Positions 26,823 through 38,459 of a stretch of 64,000 nucleotides of DNA are shown here, piece by piece. The position numbers were made by a program, and so were the translations under genes. Numbering within the stretch: position 1 is the first letter of the stretch; each line of letters begins with the position of its first letter. The stretch spans positions 48,596,930 through 48,660,929 of the forward strand of contig NC_057736.1 of the NCBI RefSeq assembly GCF_004010195.1. The letters run 5' to 3'. Origin of the DNA: Chiloscyllium plagiosum (Eukaryota). The notes beneath the pieces were generated by a model, which saw only the letters and a program-made list of their open reading frames with translations, ran no database searches and was not told the DNA's origin.

Positions 26823-27178
26823 AGCAGAGCAAGGCTAAAAAACACATTCCATTCTGGTTACATACAGATAAGAAGATTCACACGGGGAGGTGTGTAACAA
26901 GATTCACACGGGACTAAGCGACACCTTCCATTTTCGGTTAGAGCAGAGCAAGGCTAAAAAACACATTCCATTCTGGTTACATACAGATAAGAAGATTCAC
27001 ACGGGGAGGTGTGTAACAAGATTCACACGGGACTAAGCGACACCTTCCATTTTCGGTTAGAGCAGAGCAAGGCTAAAAAACACATTCCATTCTAGTTACA
27101 TACAGATAAGAAGATTCACACGGGGAGGTGTGTAATAAGATTCACACGGGACTAAGCAACACCTCCATTCCGGTTAGA
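26823..27178. repeat. 119-bp tandem triplication inside the LTR (U3 region)
   Basis: AGCAGAGCAAGGCTAAAAAACACATTCC starts at 26823, 26942 and 27061; single copy in the second LTR. Confidence 0.97.
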
Positions 27179-27220
27179 TTCACACATGTATTGGGACATA
27201 ATTTTAACCCTTTCACCACA

Positions 27221-27352
27221 ATGCCCTGGGGTTGAAGTGTTCTGAGGCAGAAGATGACGCGTTCTTCCTCCAGGCGTCTGGTGGTGAGGGAACGGCGGTG
27301 AAGGAGGCCCAGGACCTCCATGTCCTCGGCAGAGTGGGAGGGGTAGTTGAAA
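27221..27352 (-). mobile_element. Penelope GIY-YIG C-terminal fragment
   Basis: HFNYPSHSAEDMEVLGLLH...RRLEEERVIFCLRTLQPQGI. Confidence 0.88.
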
Positions 27353-28279
27353 TGTTGGAGGTTCGTAGGAGAGTAGTCTGACACAGAACAAACGACCAAG
27401 GGGCGAGTCTGCTAGAATATGGGCATTTTATTCCCCGCAGTGTCGCACAACGGGTCTGGCTTATACTCACTCTACATGTTACCGGAACTGGGAGCCGTCA
27501 GTTCTCGTAGAGCGGTTGCCAACAACCCACGCTCGGCGGTTAAACGTAACCCCGGAGCAGACTCACCGAACTGGAGACTTTTCCAGCTGATATACTCTTT
27601 TCCAGATATAAGCATTTTATGTGAACAGCAGAGCAAGGCTAAAAAACACATTCCATTCTGGTTACATACAGATAAGAAGATTCACACGGGGAGGTGTGTA
27701 ATAAGATTCACACGGGACTAAGCAACACCTCCATTCCGGTTAGATTCACACATGTGTTGGGACATAATTTTTAACCGTTTCACCACATTCCACTGCTTGG
27801 AATTTTACACCACAGATGTATAGATAGAGCTCATTGTAGTTGTCTTTACTCTAGGATGGGGGATTTCACAATAAGGGAGCGCATATTTAAGGTGAGAAGG
27901 GAGAGATTTAGAAAAGACGTCAGAGGCAATTCATTTACACTGATGGACGATCTGATATAAGATTATAGCATAATAAGATGTGTAGATCGAACTCATTGTA
28001 GTTGTCTTTACGCTAGGATGAGGGATTTCACGATACGGGAGCGCATAGTTAAAGTGGGAGGAGAGAGATTTAGAAAAGATGTCAGAGGAAATTCATTTAC
28101 ACTTCTTCCAAATGTGGAAAAAAACTCCTCAGAAAGACATTTAGGTAAGTACATAAACAGGCAAGTATTGGAGAAATATGGGCAAGCAACAGGCAGGTGG
28201 GACTAGATTAGTTTGGAATTATATTCGCATGGACTCTTAGCAACAAAGTGCCTGTTTCCGTGATGTATGACGTTGTATT

Positions 28280-28660
28280 ATCATCTGATCCCGTCCCATT
28301 TGCAGCATTCGACCCACATCCCTCGAAATCCTTCCTTTTAAGATAACCATGTTGTAATTGTATCTGCCTCCACTACTTCCTCTGGCAGCTTGTTGCATAT
28401 ATGCAATAAACTCTTAGTGAAAATGCTGCCCCTCAGCTCCTCCTTCTCACCTTAAATCCATGCTTTCCTGTTTTAGATTCGCCACTCTGGAAAATGCTCT
28501 TGGCTGTTCGCCTTATCCTTGTCCCTCATAATTTTACAAAACTCTATAACGTAACCCTCAGCCTCTGACTCTTGATGGAAAATAGATCCAGATCATTCAA
28601 ACTCTCCCAGTAGCACAAACCCTCCTGTCCCAGCAACAGCCTGATAATTATTTTCTGCAA
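28280..28660 (-). mobile_element. CR1 3' end fragment
   Basis: CR1 3' UTR pattern (GTCCCATTTGCAGCATT..., CCCTCATAATTTT..AAACTCTATAA). Confidence 0.7.
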
Positions 28661-29129
28661 CCACTGAAGATTGAGATCGGGTCAGCCTCGACCATATGCT
28701 ATGGATTTATGTTCCAGAGTATCTTTCTCAGTGAAATAGTGTCCTTTCTGCACTACAGTTCTTGTCCCCTCTGCTTCTGAGTTTGTATTAAATCCATCAG
28801 AACCATGTTTACTCTCCGTAATTCATTCAGTATATTCTGAAACATTAAAGCTATAAATTCCCCCAAAGATATTAGTAAATATTGCCAATGGCATGTAACC
28901 TGTGGTAAAAGCGATGTTTGACTTCCCTAAACTGCTGTAGTCTGTATTGTGAAGGTGATCCAGCTGCTGGTTAATTAGTCAGCAAATGACACTGAAGTAC
29001 CAGTGACATTTGTCCAAATTAACAACAAGAAAGTGGAGTTGAAAAATCAGGAAGATTTAAGCAGTGAATTCAAGAGCAAATGGCCTTGAAAAGTAAAGGC
29101 AATTTGACAGAGATTGGACATTTAAGATT

Positions 29130-29740
29130 AGGAATGCTCAGATGTTCGAAATTTAGGATATACTGTATCTCAAGGGTTGTGAGGCTGGAGGAGATGGAAG
29201 CGGCTTGAAAAAGTTTTGATTGAAGATACAATTTCAGTATCCTAGTGCTTTGTCTCCGAGGGAATGTGTAAAACTGTTAGCACAGGGTGAAGGCAGGGTG
29301 AACACGAGTAGGTGGGAAGAAGCGCTCTGGCAGCAGTGTCTTGGATAACTTCAAAATTACAAGGAGGTTGAAAGTGAAAGGTTAGCCGAGAGTGTGTGAG
29401 AATAGTTAAGTCTCGAATTGACACAGGAATGAATGATTTTCAACAACAGATGGTTGAGACTCGGGTGAAGCCCGGTAATTTTACTAACCCGGAAAGCGGA
29501 TACAGTCTTGGTGATGATGGGGATATGTGGTTGGAAACACTTACGAATATTAAATACATTGAAATATTTCCCATGGTAGTGAGCAGTGTGGTTCAGTTTC
29601 AGACAGTTGGCAGGGAAAGGGAAGAAATCATTACTGACAGAGTGCCGTGTGTAACGGGGTTGATGACAATGGATTCAATCTTCTCAGCATTTAATTGGAG
29701 AAAATTTCTGCTCACCAATTATTGGATTTCAAACAATTTA
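29130..29740 (-). mobile_element. L2 LINE 3' remnant
   Basis: Minus SRLNYSHTL..FEVIQDTAARAL..HPVLTVLHIP resembles L2 SRLDYxN...LQxxQNxAAR...TPxLxxLHWLP. Confidence 0.65.
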
Positions 29741-30009
29741 GCACAGTGTGCGACTGGGAAATGATGGTTGTCACATAGACCTGATGATGTTGCCCTTTCC
29801 GATTTTGGAGGTTGAGTTTTTGTGACAGTGAGGAGTGGGGAGATTCTGACAACGGTCAGGTAGAGTATCAACTATTTAAACTAATTTTCCTTCCTGTTTC
29901 TTCTACCTTTCACTTTGTGCTCTCAGAGAAAACAGAGTCTTGTGCAGACCCAGACCCGCTGACGAAATTCCTCCCCGAAAGGACATGCGTGAATCAGTTT
30001 GGTTTCATA

Positions 30010-32030
30010 GGGACATACAACATAGAAAAAGGTCATTCTGTCCCACAGTGTCTACGCTGACCAACAAACACCAGAGTAACTAATCCTATTGACCCGCATT
30101 TAGTTCACAGCCTACTGGACACTGGCATCTGAAGATCTAATCATGATTCTTACTGAATATTGTGAGAATACCTACCTGCACCACTCTCTCAGGCATCTTC
30201 CAGCCTATATCTAGCACCCTTTGTGTGTTTTTATTTTAAACAACTCTCTCAGAACTTCTGTCAATTAATAATCCCTTCCACTTTGTTCTGTGGTCTTAGA
30301 TGCGACTGTCATGGAGAGGAGATTTTCATCACCAACCTTGTCTATGCCTCTCACACTGCTATATATTTCAAATAGATTCACCCCCAAAGCCCCACCCAAT
30401 CTATTCTCCTCAGATCCAAGGAAAACAAATACATCCTATCCAGTTTCTACTCATAATTGAAACTTTTCATCCCAGGCAACATACTGGTGAATCTCCTATG
30501 CACCATCCCCCTTACAATCACATCCTTCCAGTAGTGTGACAATCAGAACGACTCGCAGTGACCTAACCAATGGTTTATAAATTTGGAACAAGACTCCCTT
30601 CTGCCTGCGTTCTCCTGCCCAAATCGTGTACTTCTTTAACAACCTTTCTCCCTGTGCTGTTCCAGTCAGAGATCTTTGGACCTTTGTGCTATGATATTGT
30701 TATTTCTTAATAGTGGCCACATGTCAGACATGTCCTTCTCTTTTCAGACGGCCGATAATGCATCTCTCCATATCTTTTGGCATTAAACTCCATCTGCCGT
30801 TTCTCTGCTGAATTTAACAGCTGATCATTATCAGGCTGTACCCTTAGACTATCCCTCTCACAATCACAACACCAATCTTACTAACTGTACCTTTTGCATT
30901 CACTTCCAAGTCATTGTGTATACACAAACAACAAGAGTCCAGCACCAATCTCCATGATACACCACTGGTCACAGACTTCCAATGACGAAAAGAAAATCAC
31001 CACCATAACTCTTTGATTTCCATTTGTAAGCCAGTTTTGGGTTCAGTTTACAACCTTGGCTTGGATCTCACATGTGCCTACCGTTAGGACCATCCTTCCA
31101 GGTGGGACCTTGTGAAGCACCTCATTGAAGTGCACGTACACCATGCAGAATCCTCATCAATGAATATTGTCACATTTTCAAAAATATCAATTCAGGTTTT
31201 CAGACAGGATGTCACACTAACAAATTCATGCTGACTCTCTCTTATCAATCCTTGCCTTTCCATGTTGAATAATTCTATCCTCCCGAGTTTTTGCAATAGT
31301 TTCTCCACCACAACATTAACATGATTTAAAAGGCATATGAGCACATCCAGGAGATGGAAGGATGAGAAGGACACATGACAATTGCATGGAAATGGAGTTC
31401 GACTGGATGGACCAGATCGGCATGGAGCAGAATATGCCAAAGGGCCTGTCTCTATGCTATAGGACACTGGCATTGACATCAGACTAACTGGTCTGGAAAT
31501 GGATGCCTTATCCCTGATGCCATTCCTGAATAAAGGAACCACATTAAATACCATTCACCCATCTGGCACTTCAACTCTGTTCAGTGAAGCATTAGCTATC
31601 CCTGCCAGAGCCCCAGAAGTCTCCTCCCTTGTCTCCCATTATAGCTCAGCATAATGATTGACATTAGACCGCATGGAATCCAGAGGAGCAAGTCATTTGT
31701 ATACAAACTGACCTAAAGTTAGGAGATAGAACACCGTGGTAGAGGATTGCTTTTTGGACTGGATGCCTATGACCAGCAGAGTGCCACAACGATTTGCACT
31801 GGGTCCACTGTTTTTGTCATTTAATAAATCATTTGGATGCGTATACAGGATGCATAGTTTGTAAGTTCGATAATAACACAAAAATTGATAGAATAGTGGA
31901 CCATCAAGACGTTTCTTTCTTGATCAGATGGGTCAATGGGTCGTAGAGTGGCAGATAGAGTTTAATTTAAACAAATGAGCAGAGTTGTACTTTGTTACGA
32001 TGTATCAGTGCTGGTCTTTTCCACTTAACG
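30010..32030. mobile_element. CR1 fragments in mixed orientation (minus 30010-31650 with a short plus tail at ~31320-31468; plus 31655-32030)
   Basis: NVVPLFRNGIRDKASISRPVSL (-); plus GVPQ-like and LGPLFLSF segment. Confidence 0.75.
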
Positions 32031-34560
32031 GTAGAACAGTACAGCCCAAAATAGGACTTTTGACCCATGATGTTGAGCCAACCATGATGCCAAATTAAAT
32101 TAATCTCTCTGCCTGCCTTTAATCCATATGCCTCCATTGTTTGCACCTTCACGTGCTTATCTAAAAGCCCCTTAAACTCCCTTATCGTATCTGCATCCAC
32201 ACCACCTCTGGCAGTGCGTCCCAGACTCACAGAAGTTTATATGTTAAATAAATTGCTCCTCACGTCTACTTTGAACTGTCCTCCTCCTTCGTATTAGACA
32301 TTTCAACTGCTGTGGTTCTGTTCGCTGAGCTGGAAGTTTTTGTTGCAAACGTTTCGTTCCCTGTCTAGGTGACATCCTCAGTACTTGGGAGCATCCTGTG
32401 AAGCGCGTCTGTGGTGTTTCCAGAAAAGGACAACCAACTCCCATTCCTCGACAGAGAACAACAAACGGAGAATTCACCACTAAGCTACACAGGAAAGCCA
32501 CACACACAGACCATGTCCTGAACTATGAAAGCAAGAAGTTGCATCAAGACACTGTTCAAAATGGCCACAACACACTGCAGCACACCAGAACTGCAAAAAG
32601 ACGAAGAGGAACACCTATACAATGTATTCGCAAAAAACGGATATCCTCGCAATTTCAACAACAGATGCCTAAGGGAGAGACAACGGAACGAGGACATGCC
32701 GCAACCCAAAGGACTAGCCACACTACCATACAAACGACAGGACCAGCTATCCCTAGTAGCCACACACGCAGACGACAAGCAACATGAATTTGACTGGGAC
32801 AACACTACCATTATCGGGCAAGCGAAACAAAGAACAGCCAGGGAATTCCTAGAAGCTTGGCACTCATCCACAAACTCCCTCAACAAACACATAGACCTGG
32901 ACCCAATATACTGGCCACTACAGCGGTCAGCTGAAACTGACAACCGGAAGCGGCAAGGACAGGCCTCTATAAATGCCGGAGGAAACACCACAGAAGCGCT
33001 TCACAGGAGGCTCCCAAGCACTGAGGATGTCACCTGGACAGGCGACGAAACGTTTGCAACAAAAAATTCCAGCTCGGCGAACAGAACCACAGCAACGAGC
33101 ACCCGAGCTACAAATCTTCTCACAAACTTTGAACATTTCAACTCTGGGAGGACTATTCTGAATGACAACCCAATCAATGCGTCTCATCATTTTAGACAAT
33201 TCTACCAAGTCTCACTTCAGCCTCTGCCACTCAAGAGTAAACGAACAGTTTTCCAGCTTCTTCGTGTCGCTCATACTCTCTAGCCCAGGCAGTACCTTAG
33301 TAAACCACTTCTGCACCCTCTCCATAGGCCTCCATATCCTTGCTGTTATGTGGTGACCAGAATTGAATGCAATACTCTATGTGTGACTTATAAAGTCTTA
33401 TCAAGGGGCAACTCAATTCCCTGACATAAAAAGGCAAGCATGCCATACGCCTTCTTCACCACGCCTTGCGGGGCCACTTTCATAGAGCTATAGACTTGAA
33501 CCACAAGATACTTGTGTGCATCAATACTCTTCAGAGTCCTGCCATTAACCGTATACTTTTCCTTAAAACTTGGTCTCTCGAAGTGCAGGACCTCACACTT
33601 AAACGGATTAATCTCCATCTGCCATTTCTATGAACATATCTGCAACAATATCCTGGTTTAACCTTTGGTATTCTTCTGCACTGTCCACAGCTCCACCAAT
33701 CTTTGTATCATCTGCAAACTTACCAGACACCCATGTACGTTTTCATCTAAGTCGCAAATCTATATAACAAACTGCAGAACACCACTTATCACAGACCTTC
33801 AGCCTGAAAAACGCCTTTCCACCACTACCCTCTGGCTTCTATGCGCAAACAAATTATGAATCCACGCAAACAAGTCACTGTGGATCCAATGCATCTGAAT
33901 CTTCTGGCTAAGCCTACCACAAGGGACCTTGCCGAAAGACTTGCTTAAGCCTTTTATCATCTCCTCGATGTGCCCTGCACAAAGCCATACTGACTATTTC
34001 AAATTATGCCATGTGTTCTTCATTTTGTGCTATTCTTATCCCTAAAAAACAACTCTCCAATAGCTTCCCAAATACCAAAGTGAGACGTACCAGTCTATGG
34101 TTTCCTAGATTGTCCCCGTTTCAATTCTTGAACCGAGAAATAATATTAGGTACTCGCCAATCCTCTGGAACCTCTCCCGTGGTTAGCAGGGATATAAAGA
34201 TCTTCGACATGGCCCCAGCAGTCAGCTTTCTTACCTCCTCATTAACGTGCATTAGATAGTTTCGGGACCTAAGGACTTATCCACTTTAATGTTCCACATG
34301 AGGTCCAACATCACATCTTTCTTGATCTAAAAATGCGTTATATTTTCGCGTGCTCCATTCAAATCACGTTATCCTTCATACAATTCTCCTTCGTGAATAA
34401 CAATGCAAAGTATTCATTTCGGATCTCACCAATATCCTCTCTGCCTCCAAGCACAGCTTCCTTCCTTTATCCCTGAGTGGTCGTAGTTTCCACTAGTTAT
34501 CTTCTTATTTTTCGTGGATCTATTGTTCTGGTCCAGCAAAACAAATGTAGGATTCCCATT
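32030..34560 (-). mobile_element. CR1 LINE fragment, split by the Penelope insertion at 32309-33132
   Basis: NPFKCEVLHF, VVKKAYGMLAF; the 3' UTR continues across the insertion. Confidence 0.88.
32309..33132 (+). mobile_element. Penelope-like element 3' fragment with inverted 5' pLTR and 11-bp TSD
   Basis: ORF 32525-33283 SCIKTLFK..NGYPRNF..REFLEAWHS; TSD ACATTTCAACT at 32298-32308 and 33133-33143; hammerhead core CTGAGGA 33021-33027, GAAAC 33047-33051. Confidence 0.93.
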
Positions 34561-34644
34561 AAAATGCTTGTGTTTAGTTGCTAATTCTCCAATTTCTGAA
34601 CGAATACATGATACCACTAATTATGAGAATAGGCGTTCCAACGG

Positions 34645-34775
34645 AACAACAAAAACTGCTGGAAAAAATGGACAGGTTTGGCAGCATCACTGGAGAGAAA
34701 GCAGAGTTAATGTTGCTCTCCTTAGATCTGCTGAGTTTCTACAACGTTTTGGCTAACGTTCTGATTTCCAGCACT
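34645..34775. mobile_element. Decayed Penelope pLTR-type hairpin repeat
   Basis: TGCTGGAAAAA..GGCAGCATC..AGAGTTAATGTT / GATCTGCTGAGTTTC..TTCCAGCA; similar remnants at ~17790-17905 and ~21165-21310. Confidence 0.55.
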
Positions 34776-36260
34776 CATGCTTCCTTGTTTTATTTAAATT
34801 GAATATCGATATTGTTTTTCATTATGTATTATCCTTTGGTACGAATGCACCACAGGGTTGCCTTCCTTTTATCCAGTTGCTCCATCCTTTATTCTCATTT
34901 CCAATTCACTATAATCTGTAATACTTAACACTAAGTTAGGCCAGCTTCAAGCCAGACACTCTGTGATGTCAATGTCACATCATCAAAATGGCATTCTGAG
35001 CTTCAACTTCAGCTTATTTGCATATTTGACTCTGTCAGTGCATAAACCTCCTTCTCAGGCATGAGACCTTACCGTGTTCTTGTGTATGGAAGCTGTTTAT
35101 TTTCACACTGTTTGAATTCTCACTTTTCTTGTGTGTCACTGTCATCTCGATTCTATACCTTCACTCCGGATGTGATGATATGCTGATTGTGTGTTCGAAG
35201 GTGCCAGTTGCACTTTTCCTCATGCTGAGGAAACAGAACATTCCGTTTGGTTCCTTCAAGAACAGACTGAGAAAGAAAGAGAAAATAATATCTTTCGTAA
35301 CTTGAGATCCGGTGATTTGAAATATTTCCAAATGTTAATTTCTCCGTATGTAAATGTCTATGTAAGACTTCTGAAGTATCTGCCAGATTCGCTGCTTTAC
35401 TGGTGATGAATATTTGACGCTTATCTACATAAGTTTCTGAAGATAAAATACTGCTTTTTGAATTATTCTGTGATCCTACTTTCCATTACATTCTCGCCAT
35501 GTTTCCATAAATTGACTGACCAAAACCACTGATGCCATTTTGTCTGTCCAACCACCTTGTCAAATCACAATACATATGTTTGACTCCATTATCTTAAACG
35601 TCTGCATACAACATAGATTCGCGAATAAATCAGTTCCTTCAATGGAATCTGAATCATCCTTTATACTACTACCCATGTCTTCTTTCTCTATTCCAAGTTT
35701 TCCTCTGCCCAACTCATGTTCTCCAATTTCTTATCTCTGGAGTTCAGTTTTCTTAAAATCCATCTCCTATTGCATTTCTCTGCTTTTCTCCCCCCCCCCC
35801 CCCCACCCACCATTATTTGTTGTCTTTCTTTGTCTTCTCACTCCATTATGCTCCGTTTTGCATTTTCGATTATTTCATACCTTACTTTTATTTCTCTTTC
35901 TCCAAGTCCTTTTAAAAATAATTTATAGCCGTATATCAGCCAATTACAACTGTGCCATCCTGCTTCTGAGTTTCCTTCCCTCTAATTCTACATGGTGCAC
36001 TGTGTTCGTGAAGTATCTCAAACTCACAAGATTCTATTCAGTCTTCTACCTTCAATTTATCTGCGAACTGTCTCAGTTTAGTTTTTATCAAAGATTTCAG
36101 ATCAGCCACTCTTCTGTCTTCCACTTCCAGAAGACACTTAGCGACATCTAATGTCATTGTTTAGTCTTGTGCAATAAATTTCTCCATCATACAGCTGCTT
36201 CAAGATTTTGGAAACATTCTGTAGCTGTTACTTTAGCAAGAAAGACACAGATCCACTTTT

Positions 36261-36485
36261 GTTGTGGTTCTGTTCGCCGAGCTGGGAATTTGTGTTGCAG
36301 ACGTTTCGTCCCCTGTCTAGGGTGACATCCTCAGTGCTTGGGAGCCTCCTGCGAAGCGCTTCTGTGATGTTTCCTCCGTCATTTATAGAGTCTCCCAAGC
36401 ACTGAGGATGTCACCAAGACAGGGGACGAAACGTCTGCAACACAAATTCCAAGCTTGGCGAACAGAACCATAAGAACGAGCATCC
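36261..36485. mobile_element. Penelope pLTR palindrome with complete hammerhead cores on both strands
   Basis: Plus: GCA-CTGAGGA (36402-36408)..GAAAC-GTC-TGC (36428-36438); minus: same motif at ~36294-36338. Confidence 0.88.
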
Positions 36486-36655
36486 TAGTGTACCTATGAT
36501 GCCATAAATCCCACACACTCGGTTATAAATTTAAAAGTAACAAAACAGCTTTTTGTATAATATTCAGCACAATATTCATTGAATCATAAAACTAGCATCA
36601 TGAATAAACCATTAAGCCCTTGAGACTTCTCTGTCATTCAAGAGCACCATGACTA

Positions 36656-38100
36656 TGATCATTGCAGCCTCACTATCTACTGGAATCATACCAGATGATT
36701 CAACAGTGGCAAATGTATTCCCTTGCTCAAAAAAGAGAGTAGCGATAATCCTGGGAATTAGAGAACAGTCTTATATCAGTGGTAAGCAAATTGTTAAAGA
36801 GAATTCTGATTACTGGATTTATGATTATTTGGAAAAGCATAACTTAATTAGAGATTGTCAACATGGCTTTGTGAGGGACAGGTTTAGCCTCACAAGCTTT
36901 ATTGATATTTTTGAAAATGTGACAAAGCACATTGATGTAGGGAGAGCAGTGGATGGAGTGTACATGAATGATAGCAAGGCATTTAACAAGATTCCCCACG
37001 GTAGGCTCACTCAGAAAATAAGGAGGCATGGGATACAGCGAACTCTTTCAGTCTGGATACAGAACTGGCTGGAACACAGAAGTCAGAAGGTGAGAGCAGT
37101 TAGAAAGTGTTCAACCTGAATTATGGTGACAAATGGTGTTCTGCAAGGAACTATTCTGGGACCTCTGGTCTTTGTAATCCTTTATAAATGATTGGATGAG
37201 TAAGTGGAAGGTTGTGTAAGTAAGTTTGCTGACGATGGAGTAATGGATAGCCTGGAGGAATGTTGGAGGTCGTAACGAGATATTGACTGAATGAGAACTG
37301 TGCTGAAAAGTGGCAGATAGAGTTAATCATGGTAAAGTGTGAGGTGGTTCATTTTGAAAGGTCGCATTTGATTTCAGAATACTGTGTAAAAGCAGGATTC
37401 TTGGCAGTGCGGAGAATCAGAGGGATCTTGTTTTCCGTGTCCATAGATCCCTCAAAGTTACCACCTAAGTTGATAGGGCTGTTCAGAAGGCGTACAATGT
37501 GTTGACTTTCATTAGCAGGGGAATTTAGTTTAAGAGCAGCGAGGTTTTGCTGCAGCTCTACAGAATCCTAGTTCGACCAAACTTGGAATATTATGAATAG
37601 TTCTGGTTGCCTCATTGTAGGAAGCGTGTGGAAGATTTAGAAAGAGAGGAGACTTCTCAGGATGCTGCCTGGGCTGGAGTGCATGTCTTATGAAAAAAGG
37701 TTGAGAGAGCCAGGGTTTTTCTCATTGGATTGAAGATGACTGAAAGGTGATTGGATAGAGGTGCACAAGATGATGAGAAGCATCGATAGTGGCAGAGACT
37801 TTTTCCCAAGGCGGAATTGACTGTCACAAGGGAATCATCGTTTTAAGTTGATTCGAGGACGGTTTCGGGGAGATGTCAGAGGTAGGTTCTTTACACTGAG
37901 AGCGGTGGGTGCTTCGGATGCACTGCCAGCAGTGGTAGAACAGTAAGATACATTAGGGACCTTTAAGTGACTCTTGGATGGGCACATGGATGATAGTAAA
38001 ATATAGGGTAAGTAAGTTAGTTTGATCTTGGAGTAGGACAAAAGGTCGGCACAACAGCGTGGGACGAAGTGTGCTGTACTGTTCTAATTTCTATGTTCTT
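36656..38100 (+). mobile_element. CR1 LINE 3' fragment, inserted into the tail of an opposite-strand CR1
   Basis: QHGFVRDRFSLT..VDGVYMNDSKAFNKIPH; TTCTATGTTCT tail; minus CR1 tail pieces at ~36595-36655 and ~38120-38310. Confidence 0.9.
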
Positions 38101-38459
38101 GATTCACATCACAGAACACAAATCCTGCATTCTCTCCGCACTCCTTTACGCCTGAAAAATCTAACAAAACATCCACCTCTTTCTTGAATATTGTAAGTGA
38201 CTTTGCTTCACAGCCTTCTGTGGGACTGAATTCCACAGCTTCACTAACTGTTCAATGAATATTTCCTCATATCAGTCCTCAGTGTCCTACCCAGTATCCC
38301 CAGACTTTGGCAGTGCACACAACTGAGATCCTAAGCCTGCACCTTCGTAAGTCAAACGCACTCACGACTTCAACTTCTGAGCAGGAACCGCAGAACTTCT
38401 TCAACGAGTTCTTATTTACATAGCCTCAAATATCAGCTTTAACGAACAGTTAAGGGCTA

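Larger units (their letters stand above)
26528..27814 (-). mobile_element. Nested LTR cassette: outer TG..CA ends with 5-bp TSD, two copies of one LTR flanking a Penelope fragment
   Basis: GATGT at 26523-26527 and 27815-27819; LTR copies 26551-27220 and 27353-27787 (TGT..ACA, AATAAA and TATA-like motifs on the minus strand). Confidence 0.85.
25250..28270 (+). mobile_element. Old CR1 LINE, interrupted by the LTR cassette at 26528-27814, with a local ~160-bp duplication
   Basis: VPDDWR, SRFADDTKIGG; 3' UTR tail ~28200-28270; 27953-28100 repeats the segment spanning the insertion site. Confidence 0.85.
17900..36230 (-). pseudogene. Unprocessed multi-exon pseudogene of a large Ser/Glu/Lys-rich protein, family not recognised
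   Basis: Minus-strand exons with splice signals: ~36230-35560, 35266-35073 (ttctttctcag / gtaagg), ~29974-29781, 28836-~28662 (tttcag), ~25240-24652 (gtaaga), 23719-23551 (ttccttgtcttcag / gtaagg), 20532-20392 (ctaac..ttcag / gtaaat), 19476-19098 (tttgtgcatag / gtgaga), ~18780-17900; near-open frames broken by scattered stops and frameshifts. Confidence 0.65.

Noticed and set aside
29778-29930. C/D snoRNA-like pattern (TGATGA 29782-29787, CTGA 29846-29849) 77 nt upstream of a plus-strand pyrimidine tract and AG
   Set aside because: No recognisable rRNA guide and no plus-strand host gene; the same bases read as a minus-strand pseudogene exon. A snoscan/Infernal hit would revive it
35540-36151. 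203-aa hydrophobic plus-strand ORF as a membrane protein
   Set aside because: Better explained as the antisense shadow of a purine-rich minus-strand exon; starts at TTG
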